Origin: Diplonema japonicum
Lineage: Eukaryota; Protista; Euglenozoa: Diplonemea
NCBI GenBank assembly: GCA_964019335.1
Contig: OZ025660.1
Location: 434,001 to 498,000, forward strand
Reading direction: 5' to 3'
DNA length: 64,000 nt
Position numbers and translations under genes: made by a program
Part shown: positions 10,811-20,384 of the stretch, in pieces
Numbering within the stretch: position 1 is the first letter of the stretch
Layout of the letters: each line of letters opens with the position of its first letter
Notes under the pieces: generated by a model
Databases searched by the model: none
What the model was told of the DNA's origin: nothing
What the model saw: only the letters and a program-made list of their open reading frames with translations

Positions 10811-11875
10811 TCAGCCAATCTTGTAACCCAGGTGGTTGCCAGTGAGGCACTGGGCGTACCACCTGCTCTGCTTGTAGCAAGAGGCCCCGCCGGAGCAGCA
10901 GGTGGGGGCGTGAAGGCAGCTTCCCCACTTCGGGATCGCCGTGCGGCAACCAGAGGAAGGAGGGGGAACAGGAACGGGGACAGGTGGAACAGGAACAGGA
11001 GGAGTGGGAGGGGTGGGGACAGGTGGTGTGTTCCCGTTCCCCGCTGCAGGGATGCACTGGGCATACCACTGGCTCTGCCTGTCGCACACCGCCCCTTGCG
11101 TGCAGCAGTGCATCGCGCTCGTGCAAGCCCCCCACATGGGAATCGTCCTCGAGCACCCTGTGGTGGGGGGAACAGGGACAGGGGGAACGGGAACGGGGGG
11201 AACAGGAACAGGAGGGACAGGAACAGGAGGAGTGGGAGGGGTGGGAACAGGGGGAACCGGAACAGGAGGAACAGGGTTCCCGCCGCCACCACCACCACCA
11301 CCACCACCTCCACTGAAGTCCAAGTCAACAGCGTTGTAGAAGCTTGCGGCGGTGTCACCGACATCCCAGATGGCGAGGACAACGTGGTAGCCCGACTTGG
11401 AGGGGAGGGTGCAGGAGTGGGTCGTCACCATCGGGGGCTTCACCATCCCGCCCGCCGCGGAGCAGAAGGGAGCATCCTCGAAGCTGCCCCTCCCGAGGGG
11501 AGCGTTCTGGTTCCACCCATCCTTCGTGATGTAGTACCTCCAGTCCAGGGTCACGTGGTTCGCCGTGAACTGCCAGGTGAAGTCGGTCCTGCCCCCGCTC
11601 GCCGCCGTCTTCGCCCACCTGCTCGAAGACTGCTCGTTCAGAGGGGCCCAGGTCGCGCTCCCCGCCGCCGCCAGCTGCCCGTCCGGAGGACCGCTCGCAG
11701 GGTACCGGTCCGGTCCCTCCACACTCTGCGGCTCGTACTGCACCCCTCCGCACCCGCTGTTTGTCTTCAGCTTGCACGCGTAGTTCCGAGAAGGCGGGCT
11801 CATCACGTAGCCGTGTCCCTCAACCCGCACCACTGCTGCCGCTGCCAGCAGCATCGGAAGTCCCAGGCGCTTCAT
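10811..11875 (-). CDS. Secreted AA10 lytic polysaccharide monooxygenase with Gly/Pro linker and two CBM1-like modules, copy 1
   Basis: Signal peptide then His-1 (HGYVMSPPSR), [30 protein letters not shown] (CBP21/GbpA-type AA10); two WG.C....CC....C..QS.WYAQC modules; ATG at 11875. Confidence 0.9.
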   Translation of the reverse strand: MKRLGLPMLLAAAAVVRVEGHGYVMSPPSRNYACKLKTNSGCGGVQYEPQSVEGPDRYPASGPPDGQLAAAGSATWAPLNEQSSSRWAKTAASGGRTDFTWQFTANHVTLDWRYYITKDGWNQNAPLGRGSFEDAPFCSAAGGMVKPPMVTTHSCTLPSKSGYHVVLAIWDVGDTAASFYNAVDLDFSGGGGGGGGGGGNPVPPVPVPPVPTPPTPPVPVPPVPVPPVPVPPVPVPPTTGCSRTIPMWGACTSAMHCCTQGAVCDRQSQWYAQCIPAAGNGNTPPVPTPPTPPVPVPPVPVPVPPPSSGCRTAIPKWGSCLHAPTCCSGGASCYKQSRWYAQCLTGNHLGYKIG

Positions 11876-11991
11876 TTCTCTTCTTTTTTTTTTTTTTTTT
11901 TTTTTTTTTTTGTTGTGTGGAAACTGTGGAGTGAAATAAATAGATACAGAGCACCCCTCCATTGGTCCTCGTGATGGGAAAAATGAATGGA

Positions 11992-12084
11992 TCAGTTTCC
12001 TTCTGTCATTTATGTGTTAAAGGGGAATCAGGAGACTGTGTCTTCATAGAATGGACCAATGTTCTTTAACTACGGTGTCATCAT
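11992..12084 (-). ncRNA. Box C/D snoRNA family CD4
   Basis: C ATGATGA, D' ATGA, hairpin AGAC-ACA-GTCT, D CTGA; D guide GACAGAAGGAA resembles the complement of the LSU AUUCCCACUGUC region; copies 20536-20628, 34491-34583, 38493-38585, 51184-51276, 59733-59825. Confidence 0.8.
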
Positions 12085-12376
12085 GTGTTTGCCCCTTCTC
12101 TCCCTTCATTGAAATTAAAGCTACTCAGGCCGCCTCTCTTTCTCTGCTCTTTTCTTGCATCAGGACTGGAGGATGGTATCTCTACTGCGAAAGGCCTTCC
12201 GTGGCACCCGTGCTGCTTCTTCTCGATTCCTATTACTTCATTCTACTCTTGTCATGCATTCTTCCCCCATTATTGTCATCTCCCGCCCACTTTCACCCTG
12301 CAGCACAAACAGAGTGTGACTGCTGCAACGACAGCGGAGGGCGGTGAGTAGAAAAGGTGCGCAAAAGCCTTAATGG

Positions 12377-12455
12377 TCAGAAGTCCTTGTTGTAAATCAT
12401 GAATTGAAAGATCAGAAGCAAGACTGGCATGTCGTGAAAGGGTCGTTGTCATCAT
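12377..12455 (-). ncRNA. Box C/D snoRNA family CD5 (snR61/SNORD38-like)
   Basis: C ATGATGA, D' CTGA, C' ATGATTT, D CTGA; D' guide GCCAGTCTTGCTT; D+5 rule points to the A of LSU AAGCA (yeast Am1133 equivalent); copies 16647-16725, 20910-20989, 38795-38874, 51565-51643. Confidence 0.85.
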
Positions 12456-12529
12456 CTTGGTGTTTGTGCGGGCAAAACATAGGGTAAGAGAACAAGTATC
12501 TTGTAGTCTCTCTTGGTCAGGGCAAACAC
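12452..12529 (-). ncRNA. Possible AGA-box hairpin RNA A8
   Basis: GTGTTTG...CAAACAC-CAAGA with AAGAGA/TCTCTT upper stem; AGA abuts the CD5 C box and pocket spacing is long; copy 16722-16799. Confidence 0.4.
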
Positions 12530-13309
12530 AAAGCACGGGACTGTTTGGGAACACCGTCACACCACCAGTAAGCAAGAGAAAGAATAAAAAAAAGGGAGTA
12601 GGAGGGAGGGGAACAAGTAAAGAAAGGAAAAAGGTAGAGCAAAAAATGCAAGTAAAATAAAAGAAACGAGAATAAATACGAGAGGAAGATGTGGGGGAAT
12701 AAATAACCTTGTAATGAATGAAAAGATCTCCATTCTTGTTGCTCATGCCAAAGGCTCTGAGATTTGTTGAACAAACAGCAGAACTAATATAATATTTTGA
12801 ATCGCAAAAAGCTCTCAAAACCAGGACAGTATATCAATTTCTTTCGTCCTTTGTCTTTGCGGTTTATCAAAACCCAGTTGAAAAGTTCTTCTTCTTCTCC
12901 TTCTGCTGAGTTTACCACAAAAAAGAAAAAGAAACAAGGTAAGGGAGGGGAAGGGGAGAAGAAAAGTGTAATTTGTTCCCTATTCTTTTCTTTGAGACTA
13001 GTGGAAAAGAAAGAGAAAAAGCCAAATAAAATAGGTGGGGTTGGGTGAGACACAGCTCACGCCTTGTTCTTGGTGAATGAACAATAAAATAAACATATAA
13101 GGGAGAAAAAAGATTCACTAAAGAAAATTTTTTAAGTAACAAAAAAGAAACAAAAAAAGAATCTTACGAACATACCCATAAAAAGGGAACAGCGGTGGGG
13201 GTAAGAGTAAAGGATTCTTCTTCTTATTCTTTTCTTGTGTTTTTTTGGTTTTGTTTTTTTGTGTGTATTTTTTTGTTTAATAAGGTCAGCACTACAACTA
13301 CTGCTAAAG

Positions 13310-15910
13310 CTAAATGTCAAAGTACACGGTGGAACTGGGCGGTGTCATCTTAACCTCCTGAGAAGGCACAGGAGCTTTCTCCAAGTCACTCAACAGCATT
13401 TCCCGAGGAGCGGTCGTGGTCATGGTAGAGGTTCTCTTCTTGTTGTACACTGTGAGGGCGATGGCGGAACCAATGCACAGGGCACCCAAACCACCTGCGA
13501 GATACAGCCACGGCATCGAGAAGGAGGAAGAGGAAGAGGAGGAGGAGCCAGACTCGTCATCAGGTTGCGGGGCAGGAACGCTGACCTTTGTGACAGGCTT
13601 CACAACAAGGGAACCCTCGTCCCCGTCCACCAAAGGTCCCTTCCCCTCAGCTGCCTCCTTCACCGCCTCTTCCACTTCCGCCTCGATCTTGTCCGCATCT
13701 TTCCCCTCAATACGGTACTCCACGAACACACCAGTGTCGCTGTCATCCTCCACCTGCTGGACTCCGGCACCTCTGTAACGACGCCTCTCCTCGTTCAGGT
13801 AGTCCATGTTCCATGAACGGTCCACTTCTACCGCATAGTTCCTCCTCTCCCTCGGTGTCGGACGCCTGTTCCCCGCCTTCAACACACCAACAGCAGTCAC
13901 CACCAACCAGTCGGGCCTCGACCTCAGCCACCTTGAAGCCTTCATCATAGACATCCTGAACTTCCTCAGGAAGTCCCTCGGCCTCTGCATCACATAGTTC
14001 CTGTTACCTCTGAACCTCAAGCACTTCTCCATCTCAGGAGAAGGTGTGGGGTTTGGTGTCGACATTCTTGGAGCTGCGGTGTTCGGGGCTGAGGTCTCTC
14101 TCTGCTCGCTGCCAGGGGACGAAGTCACTTTCTGTTCACCACCAGGGGATGAGGTTTCTTTCTGCTCGCCACCAGGGGATGAAGTCACTTTCTGCTCGCT
14201 GCCAGGGGATGAAGTCTCCTTCTGTTCGCCATTAGGGCTTGGAGTCTCACCGTTGCCCATTTCACCACCAGGGGATGGAGTCTTACCGTTGCCCATCTCA
14301 CCACCAGGGGATGGAGTCTCGCCGTTGCCTTCTTCACCACCAGGAGATGGAGTCCTGCCGTTGCCTTCTTCACCACCAGGGGATGGAGTCCTACCGCCGT
14401 TGCCTTCCTCACCGCCAGGGGATGGAGTCTCGCCGTTGCCTTCCTCACCACCAGGGGACGGACCTTCTTCACCACCAGGAGATGGACCCTCTTCGGTACC
14501 CTCTTCGGTTCCCTCTTCTGTTCCCTCCCCGGTGCCCTCTTCACGGTCTTTTGCGGCTCCCTGTTCACCCTTGTTGCCATTGTTGCCTTGTTCACCTTTG
14601 TTGCCGTTGTTGCCCTCAGGGTTGTTGTTGCCCCCTTCTTCACCGTTGCCGGTGCCCCCTTCCTCACCGCCAGTTGGTGGAGGCATACCGTTACCACCTT
14701 CTTCACCGCCAGTGGGTGGAGGCATACCATTGCCACCCTCCTCACCACCAGGGGATGGAGTCCTGCCGTTGCCACCCTCTTCACCACCAGGGGATGGAGT
14801 CCTGCCGTTGCCACCTTCTTCACCACCAGGGGATGGAGTCCTACCGTTGCCACCTTCCTCACCGCCAGGGGATGGAGTCCTGCCGTTGCCACCTTCTTCA
14901 CCACCAGGGGATGGAGTCCTTCCGTTACCACCCTCCTCACCACCAGGAGATGGAGTCCTACCGTTACCACCCTCTTCACCACCAGGGGATGGAGTTCTAC
15001 CGTTACCACCTTCCTCACCACCGGGAGATGGAGTCCTACCATTGCCACCCTCTTCACCACCAGGGGATGGAGTCCTGCCGTTGCCTTCCTCACCACCAGG
15101 GGATGGAGTCTTACCGTTGCCCTCTTCACCACCAGGGGAATCCGTGTTCTGCTCACCGTTCGGACTGGGGGTGTTCTGTTGACCGTTAGGACTCGGGGTG
15201 TTCTGCTGACCGTTAGGACTGGGAGTGTTCTGTTGGCCGTTAGGACTGGGGGTGTTCTGTTGACCGTTAGGACTCGGGGTGTTCTGCTGACCGTTAGGAC
15301 TGGGGGTGTTTTGTTGACCATTAGGACTGGGGGTGTTCTGTTGGCCGTTAGGACTGGGAGTGTTCTGTTGACCGTTAGGACTGGGGGTGTTCTGTTGACC
15401 ATTAGGACTGGGAGTGTTCTGTTGACCGTTAGGACTGGGGGTGTTCTGTTGACCATTAGGGCTTGGAGTAGCAGGGGCCCGAGTAGCAGGGGCCCGGGTA
15501 GCGGGGGCTGAAGTAGCGGGAGCAGAAGTGTCAGGGGCTCGAGTAGCAGGGGCCCGAGTAGCGGGAGCAGAAGTGTCAGGGGCCCGAGTATCAGGAGGCG
15601 AAGTAGCAGGGGCCCGAGTATCAGGGATTGCTGTGTCAGGGGACAAACTCTCACCCGGTTTACACTTCCTCGGGGGGTAGGTCTTCTTCCCGTAGCTCTT
15701 CTTCCCGTAGTAGGTCTTCTTCCCGTAGTACGTCTTCTTCCCGTAACTCTTCTTCCCATAATAGCTCTTTCCGTAGTACTTGCTACTGTAGTGGTTCCCG
15801 TTGCCGTAGCCATAGTTGTATCCCCCCACTTGGCTGCCATAGTAGTGTGCGCTGGCTGGTGCCACCATCGAGGCGGCACACAGCACTAGAAGCAAGCTCC
15901 TCGACCTCAT
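13310..15910 (-). CDS. Type I membrane mucin-like repeat protein with YGKK-rich N-terminus, copy 1
   Basis: Signal peptide, YYGKKSYGKKT repeats, ATRAP/DTSAP, TPSPNGQQN and TPSPGGEEGGNGR repeats, globular segment, TM helix WLYLAGGLGALCIGSAIALTVY, short tail. Confidence 0.85.
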   Translation of the reverse strand: MRSRSLLLVLCAASMVAPASAHYYGSQVGGYNYGYGNGNHYSSKYYGKSYYGKKSYGKKTYYGKKTYYGKKSYGKKTYPPRKCKPGESLSPDTAIPDTRAPATSPPDTRAPDTSAPATRAPATRAPDTSAPATSAPATRAPATRAPATPSPNGQQNTPSPNGQQNTPSPNGQQNTPSPNGQQNTPSPNGQQNTPSPNGQQNTPSPNGQQNTPSPNGQQNTPSPNGQQNTPSPNGQQNTPSPNGQQNTPSPNGEQNTDSPGGEEGNGKTPSPGGEEGNGRTPSPGGEEGGNGRTPSPGGEEGGNGRTPSPGGEEGGNGRTPSPGGEEGGNGRTPSPGGEEGGNGRTPSPGGEEGGNGRTPSPGGEEGGNGRTPSPGGEEGGNGRTPSPGGEEGGNGMPPPTGGEEGGNGMPPPTGGEEGGTGNGEEGGNNNPEGNNGNKGEQGNNGNKGEQGAAKDREEGTGEGTEEGTEEGTEEGPSPGGEEGPSPGGEEGNGETPSPGGEEGNGGRTPSPGGEEGNGRTPSPGGEEGNGETPSPGGEMGNGKTPSPGGEMGNGETPSPNGEQKETSSPGSEQKVTSSPGGEQKETSSPGGEQKVTSSPGSEQRETSAPNTAAPRMSTPNPTPSPEMEKCLRFRGNRNYVMQRPRDFLRKFRMSMMKASRWLRSRPDWLVVTAVGVLKAGNRRPTPRERRNYAVEVDRSWNMDYLNEERRRYRGAGVQQVEDDSDTGVFVEYRIEGKDADKIEAEVEEAVKEAAEGKGPLVDGDEGSLVVKPVTKVSVPAPQPDDESGSSSSSSSSFSMPWLYLAGGLGALCIGSAIALTVYNKKRTSTMTTTAPREMLLSDLEKAPVPSQEVKMTPPSSTVYFDI

Positions 15911-16109
15911 ATTTATGTTCAGTAAACCTGTGTGGTTGTGTCGTTACAAATTTGTGAAACGAAGAATTGGAATCGCCTTTTTGTCCTCACCCATGTGTCC
16001 TTGCTGCCGGAAATAAGCTCAAGAAAATATCGGTGGGCACTCTCCTTCATGCCCTTGCTGCCGAAGTCCCATCCTCCAGGAGCCTGGTTCCCTTTCCAGA
16101 GAATGGACA

Positions 16110-16197
16110 TCAGAACAGATCTTGGTTTGCGAATGGAATGGTTGTACACACTTGCACCCAAAGGTGCTTCATACGCCAGGTAAAGTGGTGTCATCAT
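16110..16197 (-). ncRNA. Box C/D snoRNA family CD6
   Basis: C ATGATGA, D' ATGA, D CTGA; D guide ACCAAGATCTG complementary to LSU CAGAUCUUGGU; D' guide CTTTACCTG complementary to LSU CAGGUAAAG; copies 20385-20472, 38343-38430, 59582-59669. Confidence 0.9.
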
Positions 16198-16799
16198 CTT
16201 GCCCCTTTGCCTACCTCCCCACCCCTCCATTGGTCCTCGTGATGGGAAAAACTCAAATTAACATGCAAACCCCTAAAGCGCTACTGTGGTTCTAGTGTCC
16301 AGGCGATATGGGGTTTAAATATGCATCCTTAAGAGGGGGTACTTGTGTTCACTGTGTGCCCCTACTATTCGAATACAGGAAATATCCTTCCTTGCTCTTG
16401 TTTGGAGTCTTTAGCACAATGAGTTTGTTCCATGACTGGAGGATGGTATCTCTACTGCGAAAGGCCTTCCGTGGCACCCGTGCTGCTTCTTCTCGATTCC
16501 TATTACTTCATTCTACTCTTGTCATGCATTCTTCCCCCATTATTGTCATCTCCCGCCCACTTTCACCCTGCAGCACAAACAGAGTGTGACTGCTGCAACG
16601 ACAGCGGAGGGCGGTGAGTAGAAAAGGTGCGCAAAAGCCTTAATGGTCAGAAGTCCTTGTTGTAAATCATGAATTGAAAGATCAGAAGCAAGACTGGCAT
16701 GTCGTGAAAGGGTCGTTGTCATCATCTTGGTGTTTGTGCGGGCAAAACATAGGGTAAGAGAACAAGTATCTTGTAGTCTCTCTTGGTCAGGGCAAACAC
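16110..16799 (-). ncRNA. snoRNA cluster D (CD6, partial A1, A5, CD5, A8?)
   Basis: Recurrent modules. Confidence 0.8.
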
Positions 16800-17554
16800 A
16801 AAGCACGGGACTGTTTGGGAACACCGTCACACCACCAGTAAGCAAGAGAAAGAATAAAAAAAAGGGAGTAGGAGGGAGGGGGGAACAAGTGAAAAAGGTA
16901 GAGCAAAAAATGCGAAAAAATAAGAGAGGAAGATGTGGGGGAAAAAAATAACCTTGTAATGAATGAAAAGATCTCCATTCTTGTTGCTCATGCCAAAGGC
17001 TCTGAGATTTGTTGAACAAAATAGTAGTAATATTTTGAATCGCAAAAAGTACTCAAAACCAGGACAGTATATCAATTTCTTTCTTCCGTTCTCTTCTTTG
17101 CGGTTTATCAAAACCCAGTTGAAAAGTTCTTCTTCTGCTGAGTTTACCACAAAAAAGAAAAAGAAACAAGGTAAGGGAGGGGAAAATGGGGAAGAAAAGT
17201 GTAAGTGCGTATTCCCCTTTTCTTTTCTTTTCTTTGAGACTAGTGGAAAAGAAAGAGAGAAAAACCAAATAAAATAGGTGGGGTTGGGTGAGACACAGCT
17301 CACGCCTTGTTCTTGGTGAATGAACAATAAACTAAACATATAAGTGAGAAAAAAGATTCACTAAAGAAAATTTTTTAAGTAACAAAAAAGAAGAAAAAAA
17401 AAAGAATCTTACGAACATACCCATAAAAAGGGAACAGCGGTGGGGGTAAGAGTAAAGGATTCTTCTTCTTATTCTTTTCTTGTGTTTTTTTGGTTTTGTT
17501 TTTTTGTGTGTATTTTTTTGTTTAATAAGGTCAGCACTACAACTACTGCTAAAG

Positions 17555-20185
17555 CTAAATGTCAAAGTACACGGTGGAACTGGGCGGTGTCATCTTAACC
17601 TCCTGAGAAGGCACAGGAGCTTTCTCCAAGTCACTCAACAGCATTTCCCGAGGAGCGGTCGTGGTCATGGTAGAGGTTCTCTTCTTGTTGTACACTGTGA
17701 GGGCGATGGCGGAACCAATGCACAGGGCACCCAAACCACCTGCGAGATACAGCCACGGCATCGAGAAGGAGGAAGAGGAAGAGGAGGAGGAGGAGCCAGA
17801 CTCGTCATCAGGTTGCGGGGCAGGAACGCTGACCTTTGTGACAGGCTTCACAACAAGGGAACCCTCGTCCCCGTCCACCAAAGGTCCCTTCCCCTCAGCT
17901 GCCTCCTTCACCGCCTCTTCCACTTCCGCCTCGATCTTGTCCGCATCTTTCCCCTCAATACGGTACTCCACGAACACACCAGTGTCGCTGTCATCCTCCA
18001 CCTGCTGGACTCCGGCACCTCTGTAACGACGCCTCTCCTCGTTCAGGTAGTCCATGTTCCATGAACGGTCCACTTCTACCGCATAGTTCCTCCTCTCCCT
18101 CGGTGTCGGACGCCTGTTCCCCGCCTTCAACACACCAACAGCAGTCACCACCAACCAGTCGGGCCTCGACCTCAGCCACCTTGAAGCCTTCATCATAGAC
18201 ATCCTGAACTTCCTCAGGAAGTCCCTCGGCCTCTGCATCACATAGTTCCTGTTACCTCTGAACCTCAAGCACTTCTCCATCTCAGGAGAAGGTGTGGGGT
18301 TTGGTGTCGACATTCTTGGAGCTGCGGTGTTCGGGGCTGAGGTCTCTCTCTGCTCGCTGCCAGGGGATGAAGTCACTTTCTGTTCACCACCAGGGGATGA
18401 GGTTTCTTTCTGCTCGCCACCAGGGGATGAAGTCACTTTCTGCTCGCTGCCAGGGGATGAAGTCTCCTTCTGTTCGCCATTAGGGCTTGGAGTCTCACCG
18501 TTGCCCATTTCACCACCAGGGGATGGAGTCTTACCGTTGCCCATCTCACCACCAGGGGACGGAGTCTCGCCGTTGCCTTCTTCACCACCAGGGGATGGAG
18601 TCCTGCCGTTGCCTTCTTCACCACCAGGGGATGGAGTCCTACCGCCGTTGCCTTCCTCACCGCCAGGGGATGGAGTCTCGCCGTTGCCTTCCTCACCACC
18701 AGGGGACGGACCTTCTTCACCACCAGGAGATGGACCCTCTTCGGTACCTTCTTCAGTTCCCTCTTCGGTACCCTCTTCTGTTCCCTCCTCGGTGCCCTCT
18801 TCTTTTCCCTCTTCACGGTCTTTTGCGGCTCCCTGTTCACCTTTGTTGCCATTGTTGCCCTCAGGGTTGTTGTTGCCCCCTTCTTCACCGTTGCCGGTGC
18901 CCCCTTCTTCACCGCCAGTTGGTGGAGGCATACCGTTACCACCTTCTTCACCACCAGTGGGTGGAGGCATACCGTTACCACCTTCTTCACCACCAGTGGG
19001 TGGAGGCATACCGTTGCCACCTTCCTCACCACCAGGGGATGGAGTCCTTCCGTTACCACCCTCCTCACCACCAGGGGATGGAGTCCTGCCGTTGCCACCT
19101 TCCTCACCACCAGGGGATGGAGTCCTTCCGTTACCACCCTCTTCACCACCAGGGGATGGAGTCCTACCGTTACCACCTTCTTCACCACCAGGGGATGGAG
19201 TCCTACCGTTGCCACCTTCCTCACCACCAGGGGATGGAGTCCTTCCGTTGCCACCTTCCTCACCACCAGGGGATGGAGTCCTACCGTTGCCACCTTCCTC
19301 ACCACCAGGGGATGGAGTCCTACCATTGCCACCCTCTTCACCACCAGGAGATGGAGTCCTGCCGTTGCCACCCTCCTCACCGCCGGGAGATGGAGTCCTA
19401 CCGTTCCCTTCTTCACCACCAGGGGATGGAGTCCTACCGTTCCCTTCCTCACCACCAGGGGATGGAGTCTTACCGTTGCCCTCTTCACCACCAGGGGAAT
19501 CCGTGTTCTGCTCACCGTTAGGACTGGGGGTGTTCTGCTGACCGTTCGGACTGGGGGTGTTTTGTTGGCCATTAGGACTGGGGGTGTTCTGCTGACCGTT
19601 AGGACTGGGAGTGTTCTGTTGGCCGTTAGGACTCGGGGTGTTTTGTTGACCATTTGGACTGGGGGTGTTTTGTTGACCATTAGGACTGGGGGTGTTCTGT
19701 TGGCCGTTAGGACTGGGAGTGTTCTGTTGACCGTTAGGACTGGGGGTGTTCTGTTGACCATTAGGGCTTGGAGTAGCAGGGGCCCGAGTAGCAGGGGCCC
19801 GGGTAGCAGGGGCTGAAGTAGCGGGAGCAGAAGTGTCAGGGGCTCGAGTAGCAGGGGCCCGAGTATCAGGAGGCGAAGTAGCAGGGGCCCGAGTATCAGG
19901 GATTGCTGTGTCAGGGGACAAACTCTCACCCGGTTTACACTTCCTCGGGGGGTAGGTCTTCTTCCCGTAGCTCTTCTTCCCGTAGTAGGTCTTCTTCCCG
20001 TAGTACGTCTTCTTCCCGTAACTCTTCTTCCCATAATAGCTCTTTCCGTAGTACTTGCTACTGTAGTGGTTCCCGTTGCCGTAGCCATAGTTGTATCCCC
20101 CCACTTGGCTGCCATAGTAGTGTGCGCTGGCTGGTGCCACCATCGAGGCGGCACACAGCACTAGAAGCAAGCTCCTCGACCTCAT
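17555..20185 (-). CDS. Mucin-like repeat membrane protein, copy 2
   Basis: Same architecture, different repeat counts (876 aa). Confidence 0.85.
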   Translation of the reverse strand: MRSRSLLLVLCAASMVAPASAHYYGSQVGGYNYGYGNGNHYSSKYYGKSYYGKKSYGKKTYYGKKTYYGKKSYGKKTYPPRKCKPGESLSPDTAIPDTRAPATSPPDTRAPATRAPDTSAPATSAPATRAPATRAPATPSPNGQQNTPSPNGQQNTPSPNGQQNTPSPNGQQNTPSPNGQQNTPSPNGQQNTPSPNGQQNTPSPNGQQNTPSPNGQQNTPSPNGEQNTDSPGGEEGNGKTPSPGGEEGNGRTPSPGGEEGNGRTPSPGGEEGGNGRTPSPGGEEGGNGRTPSPGGEEGGNGRTPSPGGEEGGNGRTPSPGGEEGGNGRTPSPGGEEGGNGRTPSPGGEEGGNGRTPSPGGEEGGNGRTPSPGGEEGGNGRTPSPGGEEGGNGMPPPTGGEEGGNGMPPPTGGEEGGNGMPPPTGGEEGGTGNGEEGGNNNPEGNNGNKGEQGAAKDREEGKEEGTEEGTEEGTEEGTEEGTEEGPSPGGEEGPSPGGEEGNGETPSPGGEEGNGGRTPSPGGEEGNGRTPSPGGEEGNGETPSPGGEMGNGKTPSPGGEMGNGETPSPNGEQKETSSPGSEQKVTSSPGGEQKETSSPGGEQKVTSSPGSEQRETSAPNTAAPRMSTPNPTPSPEMEKCLRFRGNRNYVMQRPRDFLRKFRMSMMKASRWLRSRPDWLVVTAVGVLKAGNRRPTPRERRNYAVEVDRSWNMDYLNEERRRYRGAGVQQVEDDSDTGVFVEYRIEGKDADKIEAEVEEAVKEAAEGKGPLVDGDEGSLVVKPVTKVSVPAPQPDDESGSSSSSSSSSFSMPWLYLAGGLGALCIGSAIALTVYNKKRTSTMTTTAPREMLLSDLEKAPVPSQEVKMTPPSSTVYFDI

Positions 20186-20384
20186 ATTTATGTTCAGTAA
20201 ACCTGTGTGGTTGTGTCGTTACAAATTTGTGAAACGAAGAATTGGAATCGCCTTTTTGTCCTCACCCATGTGTCCTTGCTGCCGGAAATAAGCTCAAGAA
20301 AATATCGGTGGGCACTCTCCTTCATGCCCTTGCTGCCGAAGTCCCATCCTCCAGGAGCCTGGTTCCCTTTCCAGAGAATGGACA

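Larger units (their letters stand above)
9590..12280. repeat. Segmental duplication, approximately equal to 32102-34779
   Basis: Colinear near-identity covering snoRNAs, LPMO and both flanks; ends approximate. Confidence 0.85.
11992..12529 (-). ncRNA. snoRNA cluster C (CD4,A1,A5,CD5,A8?)
   Basis: Recurrent modules with intact boxes. Confidence 0.85.

Noticed and set aside
14046-15182. Long plus-strand and alternate-frame ORFs over the mucin-like and LPMO genes
   Set aside because: Shadow ORFs of GC-rich repetitive coding sequence; the minus frame has signal peptides, domains and a TM helix
15983-16106. Duplicated ccttgctgccg hairpins upstream of the mucin gene as snoRNAs
   Set aside because: No consistent AGA or C/D boxes across copies; possibly degenerate modules or leader sequence
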